Both the position numbers and the translations under genes were made by a program. Of a stretch of DNA of 64,000 nt, positions 45,212 through 54,348 are shown piece after piece. The stretch is taken from contig CAVZJB010000011.1 in the NCBI GenBank assembly GCA_963775425.1, positions 480,001 to 544,000 of the forward strand. The letters are read 5' to 3'. Below the pieces are notes generated by a model, which worked only from the letters and a program-made list of their open reading frames with translations, was not told the origin of the DNA and ran no database searches. The stretch comes from an uncultured delta proteobacterium (GTDB lineage Bacteria; Myxococcota; UBA727; VGSZ01). Every line of letters starts with the position of its first letter. Within the stretch, counting starts at the first letter, position 1.

Positions 45212-45748
45212 TCACTCGCGCCTGCGCATATAGCCCTGCGACGCCATGGCCTTGCCCATCTCGCGGTAGGCGCCGGGATCGTCGGGGGTGACCGCGCCGA
45301 GGGCGTCGACGTAGCGGTTGAACATGCAGAACGCGGCCGCGATGAGGACGGCGTCGTGGATCTCGACGTCGTCGCAGCCGGCGGCGCGGCAGGCGGCGAC
45401 GTCGTCGTCGCCGACGGCCTTGCCGCTGTCGCGCACCTTGAGCGCGAGGCGCAGGAGCGCCTGCATCTTGGGCGACTGCGCGCCGAGGTCGCCGGCGCAG
45501 GCGGCGGCGACGAGGTGGTCGTCACCGAGGTGCGCGGCGGCGGCGGCGGCGTGGGAGCGGGAGCAGAAGGCGCACTCGTTTGCGGTGGAGACGACGGCGG
45601 CGATGGTCTCGCGCTCGCCGGACGACAGCGGCGAGGGGCCGCGCAGGAGGGCTTCGGCGAGCTGGCAGAGGGGGACGCCGGTCTCGGGGCGGAACTTGAA
45701 AAAGGCGGCGATCCCGGGCGGGTGGAGCGGTGCGGCGACGCGGGGCAT
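45212..45748 (-). CDS. AhpD/carboxymuconolactone decarboxylase family peroxidase-related enzyme
   Basis: LLRGPSPLSSGERETIAAVVSTANECAFCSRSH CxxC...H; AAFCMFNRYVD. Confidence 0.9.
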   Translation of the reverse strand: MPRVAAPLHPPGIAAFFKFRPETGVPLCQLAEALLRGPSPLSSGERETIAAVVSTANECAFCSRSHAAAAAAHLGDDHLVAAACAGDLGAQSPKMQALLRLALKVRDSGKAVGDDDVAACRAAGCDDVEIHDAVLIAAAFCMFNRYVDALGAVTPDDPGAYREMGKAMASQGYMRRRE

Positions 45749-45782
45749 GCCCCGTTGTAGCCCGTGGCCGTATTCTCCGGGG

Positions 45783-48425
45783 GTGAAGACCGGGGACACC
45801 GTCGGCCCGTATCTCGTACGCGGCCATCTCGGCACGAGCGGGGCGGCGCGCGGCAGCGTGTTCGTCGCGGAGCACACAGTGCTGCGGCGCAAGGTGATGC
45901 TCGCCGAGCTGCGGCCCGAGGACGCCGCGGACCCGGACGCGCGGGCGCGGTTCGTCGCGGAGGCCAAGGCGCTTCGCGGGTTGAAGCACGACAACCTGAT
46001 CGAGGTGCTGGACGTCGTCGAGGACGCGGCGCTGCCGTGGTTCGCGGTGGAGCTGCTGCGCGGGCACTCGCTGGCGGAGGTGATGCGCAACGAGGGCCCG
46101 CTGTCGTTGCCGCGTGCGCTGCACATCGCGTGGCAGATCACGTCGGCGCTGGCGGCGGCGCACCAGGCAGGGCTGGCGCATCGTGCGCTGTGTCCGCAGA
46201 GCGTGTTCCTCGTGGACCGCAGGGGCGTGCGTGGCGTGGTGAAGCTCGTCGACTTCGCCGTCGGCGAGGTGCCGCGCGACGCGCCGCAGGTGGCGCCGTA
46301 CCTGGCGCCGGAGCAGGCGCTCGGGCCGCGCGCGGACGTGTATTCGCTCGGCGTGATCTTGTACGAGATGACCACGGGGAGGCGCCCGTTCACCGCGCGC
46401 AGCCCGTTCGCGTTGCATCGGGCGCACGAACAGGAACCGGCGCCGTCGCCGGGGTCGTTCGCGGAGATGCCGGCGACGCTCGAGACGCTGATCCTCGAGT
46501 GCCTGAAGAAAGACCCGGCGGCGCGCCCCGCCGACATGGGCGTGGTCCAGGCGTCGCTGCGCGAGATCGCGATCCTCATCGACGCGCACCAGCCGCCCGT
46601 GGCGCGGGACGATCCGACGGGGGACTTCGCGGTGCCGGGGACCACGAGCTGGATCGTGGTGCCTGGGCGGCAGACGCGGCCGTCGCCGGTCTCGGGGATC
46701 CATGCGATGCCCGGGGCCGCCGACGCGTCGGACTTCGACGACGACGAGCTCCCTCCTGCGCCGGCGTCGCCGTACCCGCCGCCGTCGTGGGTGGCGCGCG
46801 AGACGGCGACGCGCATCTCTCGCGAGCCATCCTTCGTGGCTCCGACGTCGATCACCGGTCCGCCGAACCTGCCGCCGCCGCCCGAGCCGCTGGTCCTCGG
46901 GGCGCGACCGGGGAGCGCGGAGTGGGTGCGCCGCTCGAGCCCGCCGCCGTCCATCCCGCCGCGCAAGGAGCAGCCCGTGTCGTCGTCGCTGTCGTCGGCG
47001 ATGGACTCGCTGTTCGCCGCTGAGTCGCAAGCGGCGATCCCGTTGCCGGGCGCGGGGGGAGCGATCCCGTTGCCGGGCGCGCCGTCGCCGGGGGGAGCGA
47101 TCTCGTTGCCGGGCGCGCCGCCGCCGTCGTCGTCGCTCCCGTCGCCGTCGCCGTCGCCGTTCCCGTCGCCCTTCCCGCCGCCGTCGTCGTCGTCGTCGCC
47201 GGGGGGAGCGATCCCGTTGCCGGGCGCGCCGCCGTCGCCGTCGTCGCTCCCGTCGCCGTCGTCGCTGTCGCCGTCGGGTGCGAGCACGCCGGGGGGCGCG
47301 ATCCCGTTGCCGGGCGCGCCGTCGCCGGGTGGCGCGATCCCGTTGCCGGGCGCGCCGTCGCCGGGGCGAGCGATCCCGTTGCCGGGCGCGCCGTCGCCGG
47401 GTGGCGCGATCCCGTTGCCGGGCGCAGCGCCCTCACCGCTCCCATCGCCGTTCCCGTCGCCCTCCCCGCCGCCGTCGCCCTCTTCTTCGTCGCCCTCCCC
47501 GCCGCCGTCGCCGTCGCTGCCGTCCGTCGCGACGCTCGGCCCGCACGCGACGGGGCTGTCGGCAACGGCGCTGACGCGGTCGTCGTCGGCGGGGCCGGTG
47601 GTCGTGGGCACGCCGCTGGGCGCCGGAGAGCACGGCGCGCCGAGCGCGGCCGCGGAGACGACCGTCCCTGGTGCGCCCGCGCCGCCCGCCGAGCCCGCAC
47701 CTCCCCCCGTGCCCGCCACCGACGCTGGAGCTGACGACGATCTCGCGATCGCTTCACCGTTCGACGTCGACGAGAGCGGCCCGTTCGGCGCGTCAGCCGG
47801 GTTCTTCGGCGAGCCGGAGCCCCCGTTCGGCGCCCGCCCACCCGAGCCGCCTGCGCTCGACGACGTCGCCCCGGTCGAGGCCGCGCCGCGGCGCGCGCGG
47901 GGGTGGCTGGTCGCGGCCTTCGTCGTCGTCGCCGCGGCCGGCGCCGTCGTCGCCGGCGTCCGCAGCGGCTTCCTCGTGCAGCACGCGCAGGCCGAGGTCC
48001 AGGCGATGTGCGCGCAGGCGGGTTACGTCCCCGCCCCGCCCGCCGCGCCGCCGGTGACGCCCGTCGTCACCGTGCACGCGGACGCCGGGCCGCGCCAGGA
48101 AACGGCCGCCGCGCCGCAAGCGGACGGAGGCATCGCCGCCCCGGCGGACGCAGGGCCCGCCGCCGCGCCGGACGGAGGCATCACCACCCCGGCGGATGGC
48201 GGGCCCGCCGCCGTGGCACAAGCGCCGGAGGCCGCGCCCGTCGACGCCGGGGAGCCCGCCGTCGACGAGGCCGCTGTCGAGCCTGCGCCCCCGCACCCCC
48301 GGAAGCCGAAGCCCGTTCACCGGCGCCGGCGCCGCCGCCCGCGTCCGAACCCGGCCGCGGGCGCACCGGCGACGCCGCCGAACGTCCTCGACGGCGAGCT
48401 CGTCGACCCGTTCGGCAAGAACTAG
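45783..48425 (+). CDS. Ser/Thr pseudokinase with long Pro/Ser-rich region and TM segment
   Basis: Kinase fold (RFVAEAKAL, YLAPEQ, DVYSLGVILYEMTTGRRPF, CLKKDPAARP) but VAIK->VMLAE, HRDLKPxN->HRALCPQS, DFG->DFA; C-terminal LVDPFGKN. Confidence 0.85.
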   Translation: MKTGDTVGPYLVRGHLGTSGAARGSVFVAEHTVLRRKVMLAELRPEDAADPDARARFVAEAKALRGLKHDNLIEVLDVVEDAALPWFAVELLRGHSLAEVMRNEGPLSLPRALHIAWQITSALAAAHQAGLAHRALCPQSVFLVDRRGVRGVVKLVDFAVGEVPRDAPQVAPYLAPEQALGPRADVYSLGVILYEMTTGRRPFTARSPFALHRAHEQEPAPSPGSFAEMPATLETLILECLKKDPAARPADMGVVQASLREIAILIDAHQPPVARDDPTGDFAVPGTTSWIVVPGRQTRPSPVSGIHAMPGAADASDFDDDELPPAPASPYPPPSWVARETATRISREPSFVAPTSITGPPNLPPPPEPLVLGARPGSAEWVRRSSPPPSIPPRKEQPVSSSLSSAMDSLFAAESQAAIPLPGAGGAIPLPGAPSPGGAISLPGAPPPSSSLPSPSPSPFPSPFPPPSSSSSPGGAIPLPGAPPSPSSLPSPSSLSPSGASTPGGAIPLPGAPSPGGAIPLPGAPSPGRAIPLPGAPSPGGAIPLPGAAPSPLPSPFPSPSPPPSPSSSSPSPPPSPSLPSVATLGPHATGLSATALTRSSSAGPVVVGTPLGAGEHGAPSAAAETTVPGAPAPPAEPAPPPVPATDAGADDDLAIASPFDVDESGPFGASAGFFGEPEPPFGARPPEPPALDDVAPVEAAPRRARGWLVAAFVVVAAAGAVVAGVRSGFLVQHAQAEVQAMCAQAGYVPAPPAAPPVTPVVTVHADAGPRQETAAAPQADGGIAAPADAGPAAAPDGGITTPADGGPAAVAQAPEAAPVDAGEPAVDEAAVEPAPPHPRKPKPVHRRRRRRPRPNPAAGAPATPPNVLDGELVDPFGKN
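47034..47425 (+). repeat. Coding repeat, 8 copies of AI(P/S)LPGA, mostly in 36-bp GGAIPLPGAPSP units
   Basis: Recurrent GCGATCCCGTTGCCGGGCGCG. Confidence 0.9.
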
Positions 48426-48454
48426 GCGGCGGGGCACGACGTCGTCGTCGACGA

Positions 48455-48836
48455 CAAACATCGTGCCGCCGCGAATGTCGTAACGCCGCTGAGCTCAAAG
48501 GGCGACGCGCAGTGTGATCCGTCGGCACCGACGCCACGGCGCGGCGCGCAGTCCATTCGCGACGTCGCCGACGTCGACGACCCGGCGGGGCTTGACGTCG
48601 GCTGCGTCGACGCCGCGTAGGGCGGGGGCTTGTCCCCCGCGTCGGAAAGGCAGGCGGACGTAGCCGGTGCCTCCGACGCGCCCCACAAGATGGGCGCCCT
48701 ACGTCTCGATGCCGTGCGTGTCGTGTCGCCCCGATGCGAGAACGGCGGGCAAACACGTCGTCCCGCCGTGAATGTCGTAGCGCGCTGAGCTCATGGGTGA
48801 CGAGCAATGAGATCCATCGGCAAGGTCGACGCCGCG
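48455..48836. repeat. Two diverged ~85-bp direct repeats (48455-48538 and 48750-48836)
   Basis: Shared blocks CAAACA, CCGCCGyGAATGTCGTA, GCTGAGCTCA, GGGyGACG, GATCCrTCGGCA, CGACGCC. Confidence 0.75.
48617..48702. repeat. REP doublet (REPIN-like)
   Basis: GTAGGGCGGGGGCTTGTCCCCCGC ... GCGCCCCACAAGATGGGCGCCCTAC: GTAG/CTAC ends, each half a hairpin, plus an inner stem CGCGTCGGA/TCCGACGCG. Confidence 0.75.
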
Positions 48837-49223
48837 TGCCCCGCGCGCGTCACCGTCGAGGTCACGGGCATGGCGCCAAGCCCCGGCGTGCTCGCGTTCC
48901 CGGTGGAGAACGCGCTCGTGGAGATGTCGAGAGACGCGCTCCCCGTGGTACGCGGCGCGGGCGCGAGCACGCTCGATCTGAGCGAGAACGACACGCGCTC
49001 GAGCCCCGTCTTCGCCGGCACCGGCATGCACTCCTATGCCGTGACCATGACGGCGATCCTCACCGGCGCCGATGGCGAGGCGCTCTCCAAGGTGGCGACC
49101 ACCACCGCCATCGTCGGCATCAACCCCGGCGACGCCGCCCGCGCCGACGCCCTACGCGCCGCGCGCCTCCTCTACGCCGCGGTGGTCGAAGACGTCGCCA
49201 AGCGGGCGGTCGCCGCGGAGTGA
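48807..49223 (+). CDS. Hypothetical protein (possibly a truncated remnant)
   Basis: 138-aa ORF with host-like codon usage; its start lies inside the second degenerate repeat. Confidence 0.45.
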   Translation: MRSIGKVDAACPARVTVEVTGMAPSPGVLAFPVENALVEMSRDALPVVRGAGASTLDLSENDTRSSPVFAGTGMHSYAVTMTAILTGADGEALSKVATTTAIVGINPGDAARADALRAARLLYAAVVEDVAKRAVAAE

Positions 49224-49253
49224 GCCGCCTGCGTCGTGCTCCCCGCAGCTCGC

Positions 49254-49817
49254 TCAATGGTCGAGCATCGGTGTGCCTTCGTGGGCCACCAGGAGGTCGT
49301 GCATCTCGTCGGCGTGCTCCTCTTCCTTGGCGAGGATGCTCTCGAGCATGCGCCGGGTCGTCGGGTCGTGGGGCTCGAAGTAGCGGATCATCTCCCGGTA
49401 GGTGTCGATGGCGATGCGCTCGGCGACGAGGTCCTCCTTGATCATCTCGATGAGGTCCTCGCCCTCCGCGTACTCCGTGGCCGAGCGGATCGAGAGCCCG
49501 TCGGGGTCGTAGTTGGGCTTGCCCCCGAGCTGGTTGATGCGCTCGGCGAGCATGTCCACGTGCGCTTGCTCTTCGTTGGCGTGCTCGGCGAACTCCTTGC
49601 GCACGCCTTCGCTGTTGAGTCCGCGCGCCGCCACCGCGTGGAAGCGGTAGCGCAGGACGCACACGAGCTCGGTGGCGAGCGCGTCGTTCAACAGCTCGAT
49701 GGACCGCTCCGCCGACCCGCCGTAACCGTGCGTCACGGCGCCGTCCTCGAGCTTCTCGCGGGCGCGCCGGCGGATCTCGTCGATGTCGATGGCGAATTGT
49801 TGGCCTGCTTCAGTCAT
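49254..49817 (-). CDS. Bacterioferritin/ferritin-like (Dps-like) protein
   Basis: LNDALATELVCVLRY, HANEEQAH, ERINQLGGKP, EDLVAERIAIDTYRE, ILAKEEEHADE; GAGGAG RBS. Confidence 0.92.
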   Translation of the reverse strand: MTEAGQQFAIDIDEIRRRAREKLEDGAVTHGYGGSAERSIELLNDALATELVCVLRYRFHAVAARGLNSEGVRKEFAEHANEEQAHVDMLAERINQLGGKPNYDPDGLSIRSATEYAEGEDLIEMIKEDLVAERIAIDTYREMIRYFEPHDPTTRRMLESILAKEEEHADEMHDLLVAHEGTPMLDH

Positions 49818-49882
49818 GGTGCGGCTCCTCCTCGTCGTTGTAGAGACGACGGTCGCGCGCATCACGGCACAAGCGTCCGGCG

Positions 49883-51517
49883 CTACGGCGCGAACAGGAA
49901 CGTGCCCTTGAGATCCTCGGTGGCCGAGATCGCCGACTCGCCGCCGGCGCCCTGCGTCTTCACCGACGTCGCGCGGTATTGGTAGATCATCCCGGGAGTG
50001 AGCGCGGGCCCGGTGTATGGCACCGTGACCCGCTGGTTGCCGCTCTGTCCGTCCACGCTCGCCTCGAACGTCAGGGTGCCGAGCGCGTCGAACAACACGA
50101 TGTCGTAGCGGTCTTCGCTGGAGTCGTCGGCGAAGACGAAGTCGGGCGCGGCCGTCACCTTCTCGAGGCCGTCGGCGCCGGGAGAGAACACGTCGAGCGC
50201 GCCGGTGACCTTGAACGACTGCGGCGCGGCGACGTCGCGGTTGCCGGGGCCGACCACGACGTGGACCAGGGCGGTGCCGCCGATGTTGGTGTCGGGGTCG
50301 CGCACGAGCCCGTCGTTGTCGAACGCGGCGAGCACCACGTACTCGCCGTCGGGCACGCCGGCGATGGTGAACGCGTTGGTGACGTCGGACGCGCGCAGTC
50401 CCCGCGGCACCTCGCCGCGCGCGATGGTCTCGTCGAACGTGTCGGCGACCACCAGCACCACGCTGGTCACCCCGTTGCCGTTGCCGTTGACGATGTTCAC
50501 CGATCCGCTGACCGAGCCCGTCGGCTGGACGGCCGCGTCGAGCACCACGTTCAACACGTCCTCCGCGGCCACCGCCAGCGACACGGGCGTGAGCTGCACG
50601 TCCGCGGCGTAGCCCGACACGACGCTGTCGCCGGCGGCGACGTTGAAGAGCGTGAACGTGCCGTCGCTGTCGGTGATGGCCGTGGACACGCCGCCGTCGC
50701 TCGCGGAGACCACGAGCACGCCCCCGCCGCCGGCGGCGACGTGGCCGGAGACCGTGGGCCGCCCGGCCTCGCCGTCGGGCAGCGGCACCAGCGCGATGGT
50801 GGTGGCGGCGTTCTCGACGACGAAGTGGCCCTCGCCGTCTGCTGCGGCGGCGCCGAGGTCGATGGGCACGGCCTGGCGGATGCCGCTCGGGAACGTGGCG
50901 TAGTCCCGCGCGTCGGCGCGCGTGGTGACGGCGGCGCCGGCGGCGGGTGCGCCTTCGGCGTCGCGCGCGACGATGAGCTCGAGCGCGTAGGTGCCGTCGG
51001 CGGCGGAGGTGGCCACGCGCGAGACCGCCGCGCCGTCGACGTCGAGCGCGATGACGTCCGCCCCCGCGACGGCGCTGTCGTCGAGGGCGTCGACGACCTT
51101 GCCCTGCAGCCGCACGGGGGGCTCGCACTTTCGGTCGCCGCCACCGACGTCGGCGCAGGTGTCGTCGGCGCACTGATCGTCACCGGAGCACGCCGCGCCG
51201 CGGCCGCCGCAGACGCCGCAGGGCGGGCCTTCGCAGTCGACGGTGGGGGCGCAGGCGGAGCCGTCGGCGCAGAAGGCGTCGTCGGTGCCCACGTCGCACG
51301 CGCCGCCGACCACGACCAGGCACTGCGCGCCGTCGCCGCGGTCCTGGCACACGAGGCCGTCGGGGCAGGGGGTGTCGGCGCTCGCGTCGCAGGCGTCACC
51401 GGGGTTGTGCGCGCACGAGCAGGCGCCGGCGGACAAGGCTGCGCACAAGAGCGCGAGCCGCAGCGTCGTCACGAGGCGCGCGGGGGACGGGGAGGCGGGG
51501 GCGTTGTCGTGCGGCAT
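49883..51517 (-). CDS. Secreted Cys-rich lipoprotein with carboxypeptidase-regulatory-like/Ig domains
   Basis: Signal ending AGACSC, Cys-rich repeats, LQGKVVDALDDSAVAGADV, TDSDGTFTLFNV. Confidence 0.75.
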   Translation of the reverse strand: MPHDNAPASPSPARLVTTLRLALLCAALSAGACSCAHNPGDACDASADTPCPDGLVCQDRGDGAQCLVVVGGACDVGTDDAFCADGSACAPTVDCEGPPCGVCGGRGAACSGDDQCADDTCADVGGGDRKCEPPVRLQGKVVDALDDSAVAGADVIALDVDGAAVSRVATSAADGTYALELIVARDAEGAPAAGAAVTTRADARDYATFPSGIRQAVPIDLGAAAADGEGHFVVENAATTIALVPLPDGEAGRPTVSGHVAAGGGGVLVVSASDGGVSTAITDSDGTFTLFNVAAGDSVVSGYAADVQLTPVSLAVAAEDVLNVVLDAAVQPTGSVSGSVNIVNGNGNGVTSVVLVVADTFDETIARGEVPRGLRASDVTNAFTIAGVPDGEYVVLAAFDNDGLVRDPDTNIGGTALVHVVVGPGNRDVAAPQSFKVTGALDVFSPGADGLEKVTAAPDFVFADDSSEDRYDIVLFDALGTLTFEASVDGQSGNQRVTVPYTGPALTPGMIYQYRATSVKTQGAGGESAISATEDLKGTFLFAP

Positions 51518-51622
51518 GCGCGAATGTTGCCGCGTGCGATCGCGGGCTGCTGCGAGTGAGACATTGGTGCTCGGAAGGAAAGAAGGCGGCGCCCGCGCCG
51601 GTCCGCTGTAGAGTGCGGCGCG

Positions 51623-52426
51623 ATGGCATCGTCGTTCGTGCGCGAGATCCAAGAGCGTGTCGACAGGCTCGAGCTCCCGTTCAACCGCGAGGGCTTCGAC
51701 AAGTACGGCATCTCCAAAAAGCACCTCGTCATCTTCTTCACGGCGCTCGGTTGGATGTACCGCAACTATTTCCGCGTGAAGGTCGACGGCATCGAGAACG
51801 TGCCCAAGCGCGGCCGCGCCATGCTCGTCGGCAACCACTCCGGCGGCTACGCCATCGACGGCGCCATGGTCATCGCGAGCATGCTGCTCGACATGAATCC
51901 GCCGCGGCTCGCACAGGGCATGGCCGAGAAGTTCCTCAACGAGCTGCCCATCGCCTCCCTGTGGACGAGCCGCGTCGGGCAGCTCACCGGTCTCCCCGAG
52001 CACGCGGTGCGTCTCCTCGAGGACGATCGCCTGCTCATGGTCTTCCCCGAAGGCGCGCGCGGCACGGCCAAGCTCTACAAGGACCGCTACAGCCTCGTCG
52101 GCTTCGGCACCGGGTTCCTGCGGCTGGCGCTCCAGACCAAGACGCCCATCGTGCCGCTCGCGTTCATCGGCGGCGGCGACGTGCTCCCCACGGTGATGAA
52201 CCTCTACACGCTCGGCAAGCTCGTGGGCGCGCCGTACCTCCCGGTCACCCCGTACGTGTTGCCGCTGCCGTTGCCGCGCGCGTGCGAGATCGTCTACGGC
52301 GAGCCCATGCTCTTCGAGGGCACCGGCGACGAGGACGACGAGAAGATCGAGCACCTCGTCCTGCAGGTGAAGGAGCGCGTACACGCGCTCATGGACAGGG
52401 GCCGCGCCCAGAGGAGCGGCCGATGA
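51623..52426 (+). CDS. Lysophospholipid/glycerol acyltransferase (PlsC-like)
   Basis: [13 protein letters not shown] (HxxxxxD), [18 protein letters not shown]. Confidence 0.9.
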   Translation: MASSFVREIQERVDRLELPFNREGFDKYGISKKHLVIFFTALGWMYRNYFRVKVDGIENVPKRGRAMLVGNHSGGYAIDGAMVIASMLLDMNPPRLAQGMAEKFLNELPIASLWTSRVGQLTGLPEHAVRLLEDDRLLMVFPEGARGTAKLYKDRYSLVGFGTGFLRLALQTKTPIVPLAFIGGGDVLPTVMNLYTLGKLVGAPYLPVTPYVLPLPLPRACEIVYGEPMLFEGTGDEDDEKIEHLVLQVKERVHALMDRGRAQRSGR

Positions 52427-53340
52427 GGGTGCTCATCACGGGCATCGCGGGCACCATCGGGCGCAAGGTCGCGTCGCTGTTGCTCGCCCGCGGCCACACG
52501 GTGTTCGGCATCGACCGGCGGCCGTGGCCCGACGCTCCCCGCCACGTCGAGGTCATCAACGTCGACATCCGCAAGCGCGCCGCCGAAGACGTCATCCGCA
52601 CCAAGCACCCCGACTGCGTGATCCACATGGCCACCATCACGCACTTCAAGGCCGACGCCGACGAGCGTTACCGCGTGAACCTCGGCGGCACCCGCGCGGT
52701 GTTCGAGCAGTGCCACCGCCACGGCGTCAAAGAGGCGATCTTCGTCGGGCGCCACACCTTCTACGGCGCCGCGGCCGACGCGCCCCTGTATCACACGGAG
52801 TCGGACCCGCCGCTCGCGGTGTCCACGTTCCCCGAGCTCGCCGACCTCGTCGCCGCCGACCTCTTCGCCGCCAGCGCGCTGTGGCGCTTCCCCGAGATGA
52901 AGACCACGGTCCTGCGCACCGTGTACACGCTCGGCCCGAGCCTCACCGGCACCCTGGCGACGTACATCCGGCCCAAGCGCGTGCCCACCGTCCTCGGCTT
53001 CGACCCGCTGTACCAGTTCATGCACGAGGACGACTGCGCCCGCGCCATCGCCGAGGTCCCCGGTCGCGGCATGAAGGGCATCTTCAACATCGCCGGCCCG
53101 CAGCCCATCCCGCTGTCCTCGATGCTGCGCCTCGCCGGCCGCCGGAACATCCCCGTCCCCGAGCCGCTCTACACTGCGCTCCTCGGGCACTTCGGCTTCC
53201 CGCGCCTGCCGCCCGGCGCCGTGAACCACATCAAGTTCCCCGTCGTCGTCGACGACAGCGCGTTTCGTGAGGCGACGGGGTTCAGCCACGAGCTCGACGA
53301 GGCCCAGGCCGTCGGCGCTTTCCGCTGGGCCGCGGTGTAA
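52423..53340 (+). CDS. NAD-dependent epimerase/dehydratase (extended SDR)
   Basis: [38 protein letters not shown]; ATGA overlap. Confidence 0.9.
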   Translation: MRVLITGIAGTIGRKVASLLLARGHTVFGIDRRPWPDAPRHVEVINVDIRKRAAEDVIRTKHPDCVIHMATITHFKADADERYRVNLGGTRAVFEQCHRHGVKEAIFVGRHTFYGAAADAPLYHTESDPPLAVSTFPELADLVAADLFAASALWRFPEMKTTVLRTVYTLGPSLTGTLATYIRPKRVPTVLGFDPLYQFMHEDDCARAIAEVPGRGMKGIFNIAGPQPIPLSSMLRLAGRRNIPVPEPLYTALLGHFGFPRLPPGAVNHIKFPVVVDDSAFREATGFSHELDEAQAVGAFRWAAV

Positions 53341-53442
53341 CGCTCCCCGCGCCGGCGCACGCCGGCATCGAGGCGCTCGGCCCGCGGTGACCGCGGGGCT
53401 CCAAGGGTCGCGACGGGCGCTGCGGCATGTCAGAGTTCGCGC

Positions 53443-54348
53443 ATGCTCCCGCTTCTCTCTCTCGCCGTCATCGCGCTGACCGCCGCGGCGCCGCCCCCCG
53501 ACGCCCCGACCCCCGCCGCGCCGCCCGCCGACGCGCCGCCCCCCGCTGCGGCGCCCGCAGAGCCCAAGCGGGCGCTGCGCCTCGCCGTCTACGACCTCAA
53601 GGCCGACGGCATCGATCCGCGCACGGTGCGCATCGTCAACGAGGCCGTCGTCGCCGAGCTGCGCAAGCTGCAGCACACGAGCGTGGTGTCCATGGACGAG
53701 GTGAAGGCCATGCTCGACCTCGAGGCCCAAAAGGAGCTCGTCGGCTGCAGCGACGAGAGCTGCCTGTCGGAGATCGCCGACTCCCTCGGCGTCGACGGCC
53801 TCGTCATCGGCAACGTCGCGCGCCTCGAGGGAGACACCATCATCGGCCTCAAGCGCCTCGACCAGCGAAAGGGCGGCGTGGTGGGCACCGCATCCAAGCG
53901 GCTGAAGACCGTCGACGGCAGCGAGCTGCTCGCCGCCGTCGGCCCGCTCGTCGCCGAGGCGTTCCCCGACATCCCGCTGCGGCCCGGGACCAGGCGGGGC
54001 GTGGACCCGGCCATCGTCCTGCGCCTCAACCCGCCGCCCGTGCCGGCGTGGGCGTACTGGAGCGACGCCGTCGCCACCGGCGCCGTCGCCGTCGCCGGCG
54101 CGTCCGCCGTCGTCCTCAACCGCCTCGCCGTCGCCGATCACGACGCGTTCGTCGCCGCCACGCTCGAGACGCAGACGCCGGTGCGCGGCGTCGATGTGCG
54201 CGCCAAGCAGGACACCATCGCCGGCACAGCCGTGGCCTCGTGGATCCTGCTCGGCACCGCCGCTCTCGGCGGCGCCTCGCTCGGCGCGCTCATCCCGTTC
54301 ACGGACTTTGACGACCTCAAAGACGCCGGCGCCGGAGGTGCGGAGTGA
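53443..54348 (+). CDS. Secreted protein with TolB-N/CsgG-like domain and C-terminal hydrophobic helices
   Basis: Signal peptide, LAVYDLK...GCSDESCLSEIADSLGVDGLVIGNVARL. Confidence 0.65.
   Translation: MLPLLSLAVIALTAAAPPPDAPTPAAPPADAPPPAAAPAEPKRALRLAVYDLKADGIDPRTVRIVNEAVVAELRKLQHTSVVSMDEVKAMLDLEAQKELVGCSDESCLSEIADSLGVDGLVIGNVARLEGDTIIGLKRLDQRKGGVVGTASKRLKTVDGSELLAAVGPLVAEAFPDIPLRPGTRRGVDPAIVLRLNPPPVPAWAYWSDAVATGAVAVAGASAVVLNRLAVADHDAFVAATLETQTPVRGVDVRAKQDTIAGTAVASWILLGTAALGGASLGALIPFTDFDDLKDAGAGGAE

Noticed and set aside
45212-47719. 835-aa ORF with PGNGIAPPGDGA repeats fused to AhpD
   Set aside because: The repeats are the antisense reading of the pseudokinase tract; the AhpD homology begins at ATG 45748
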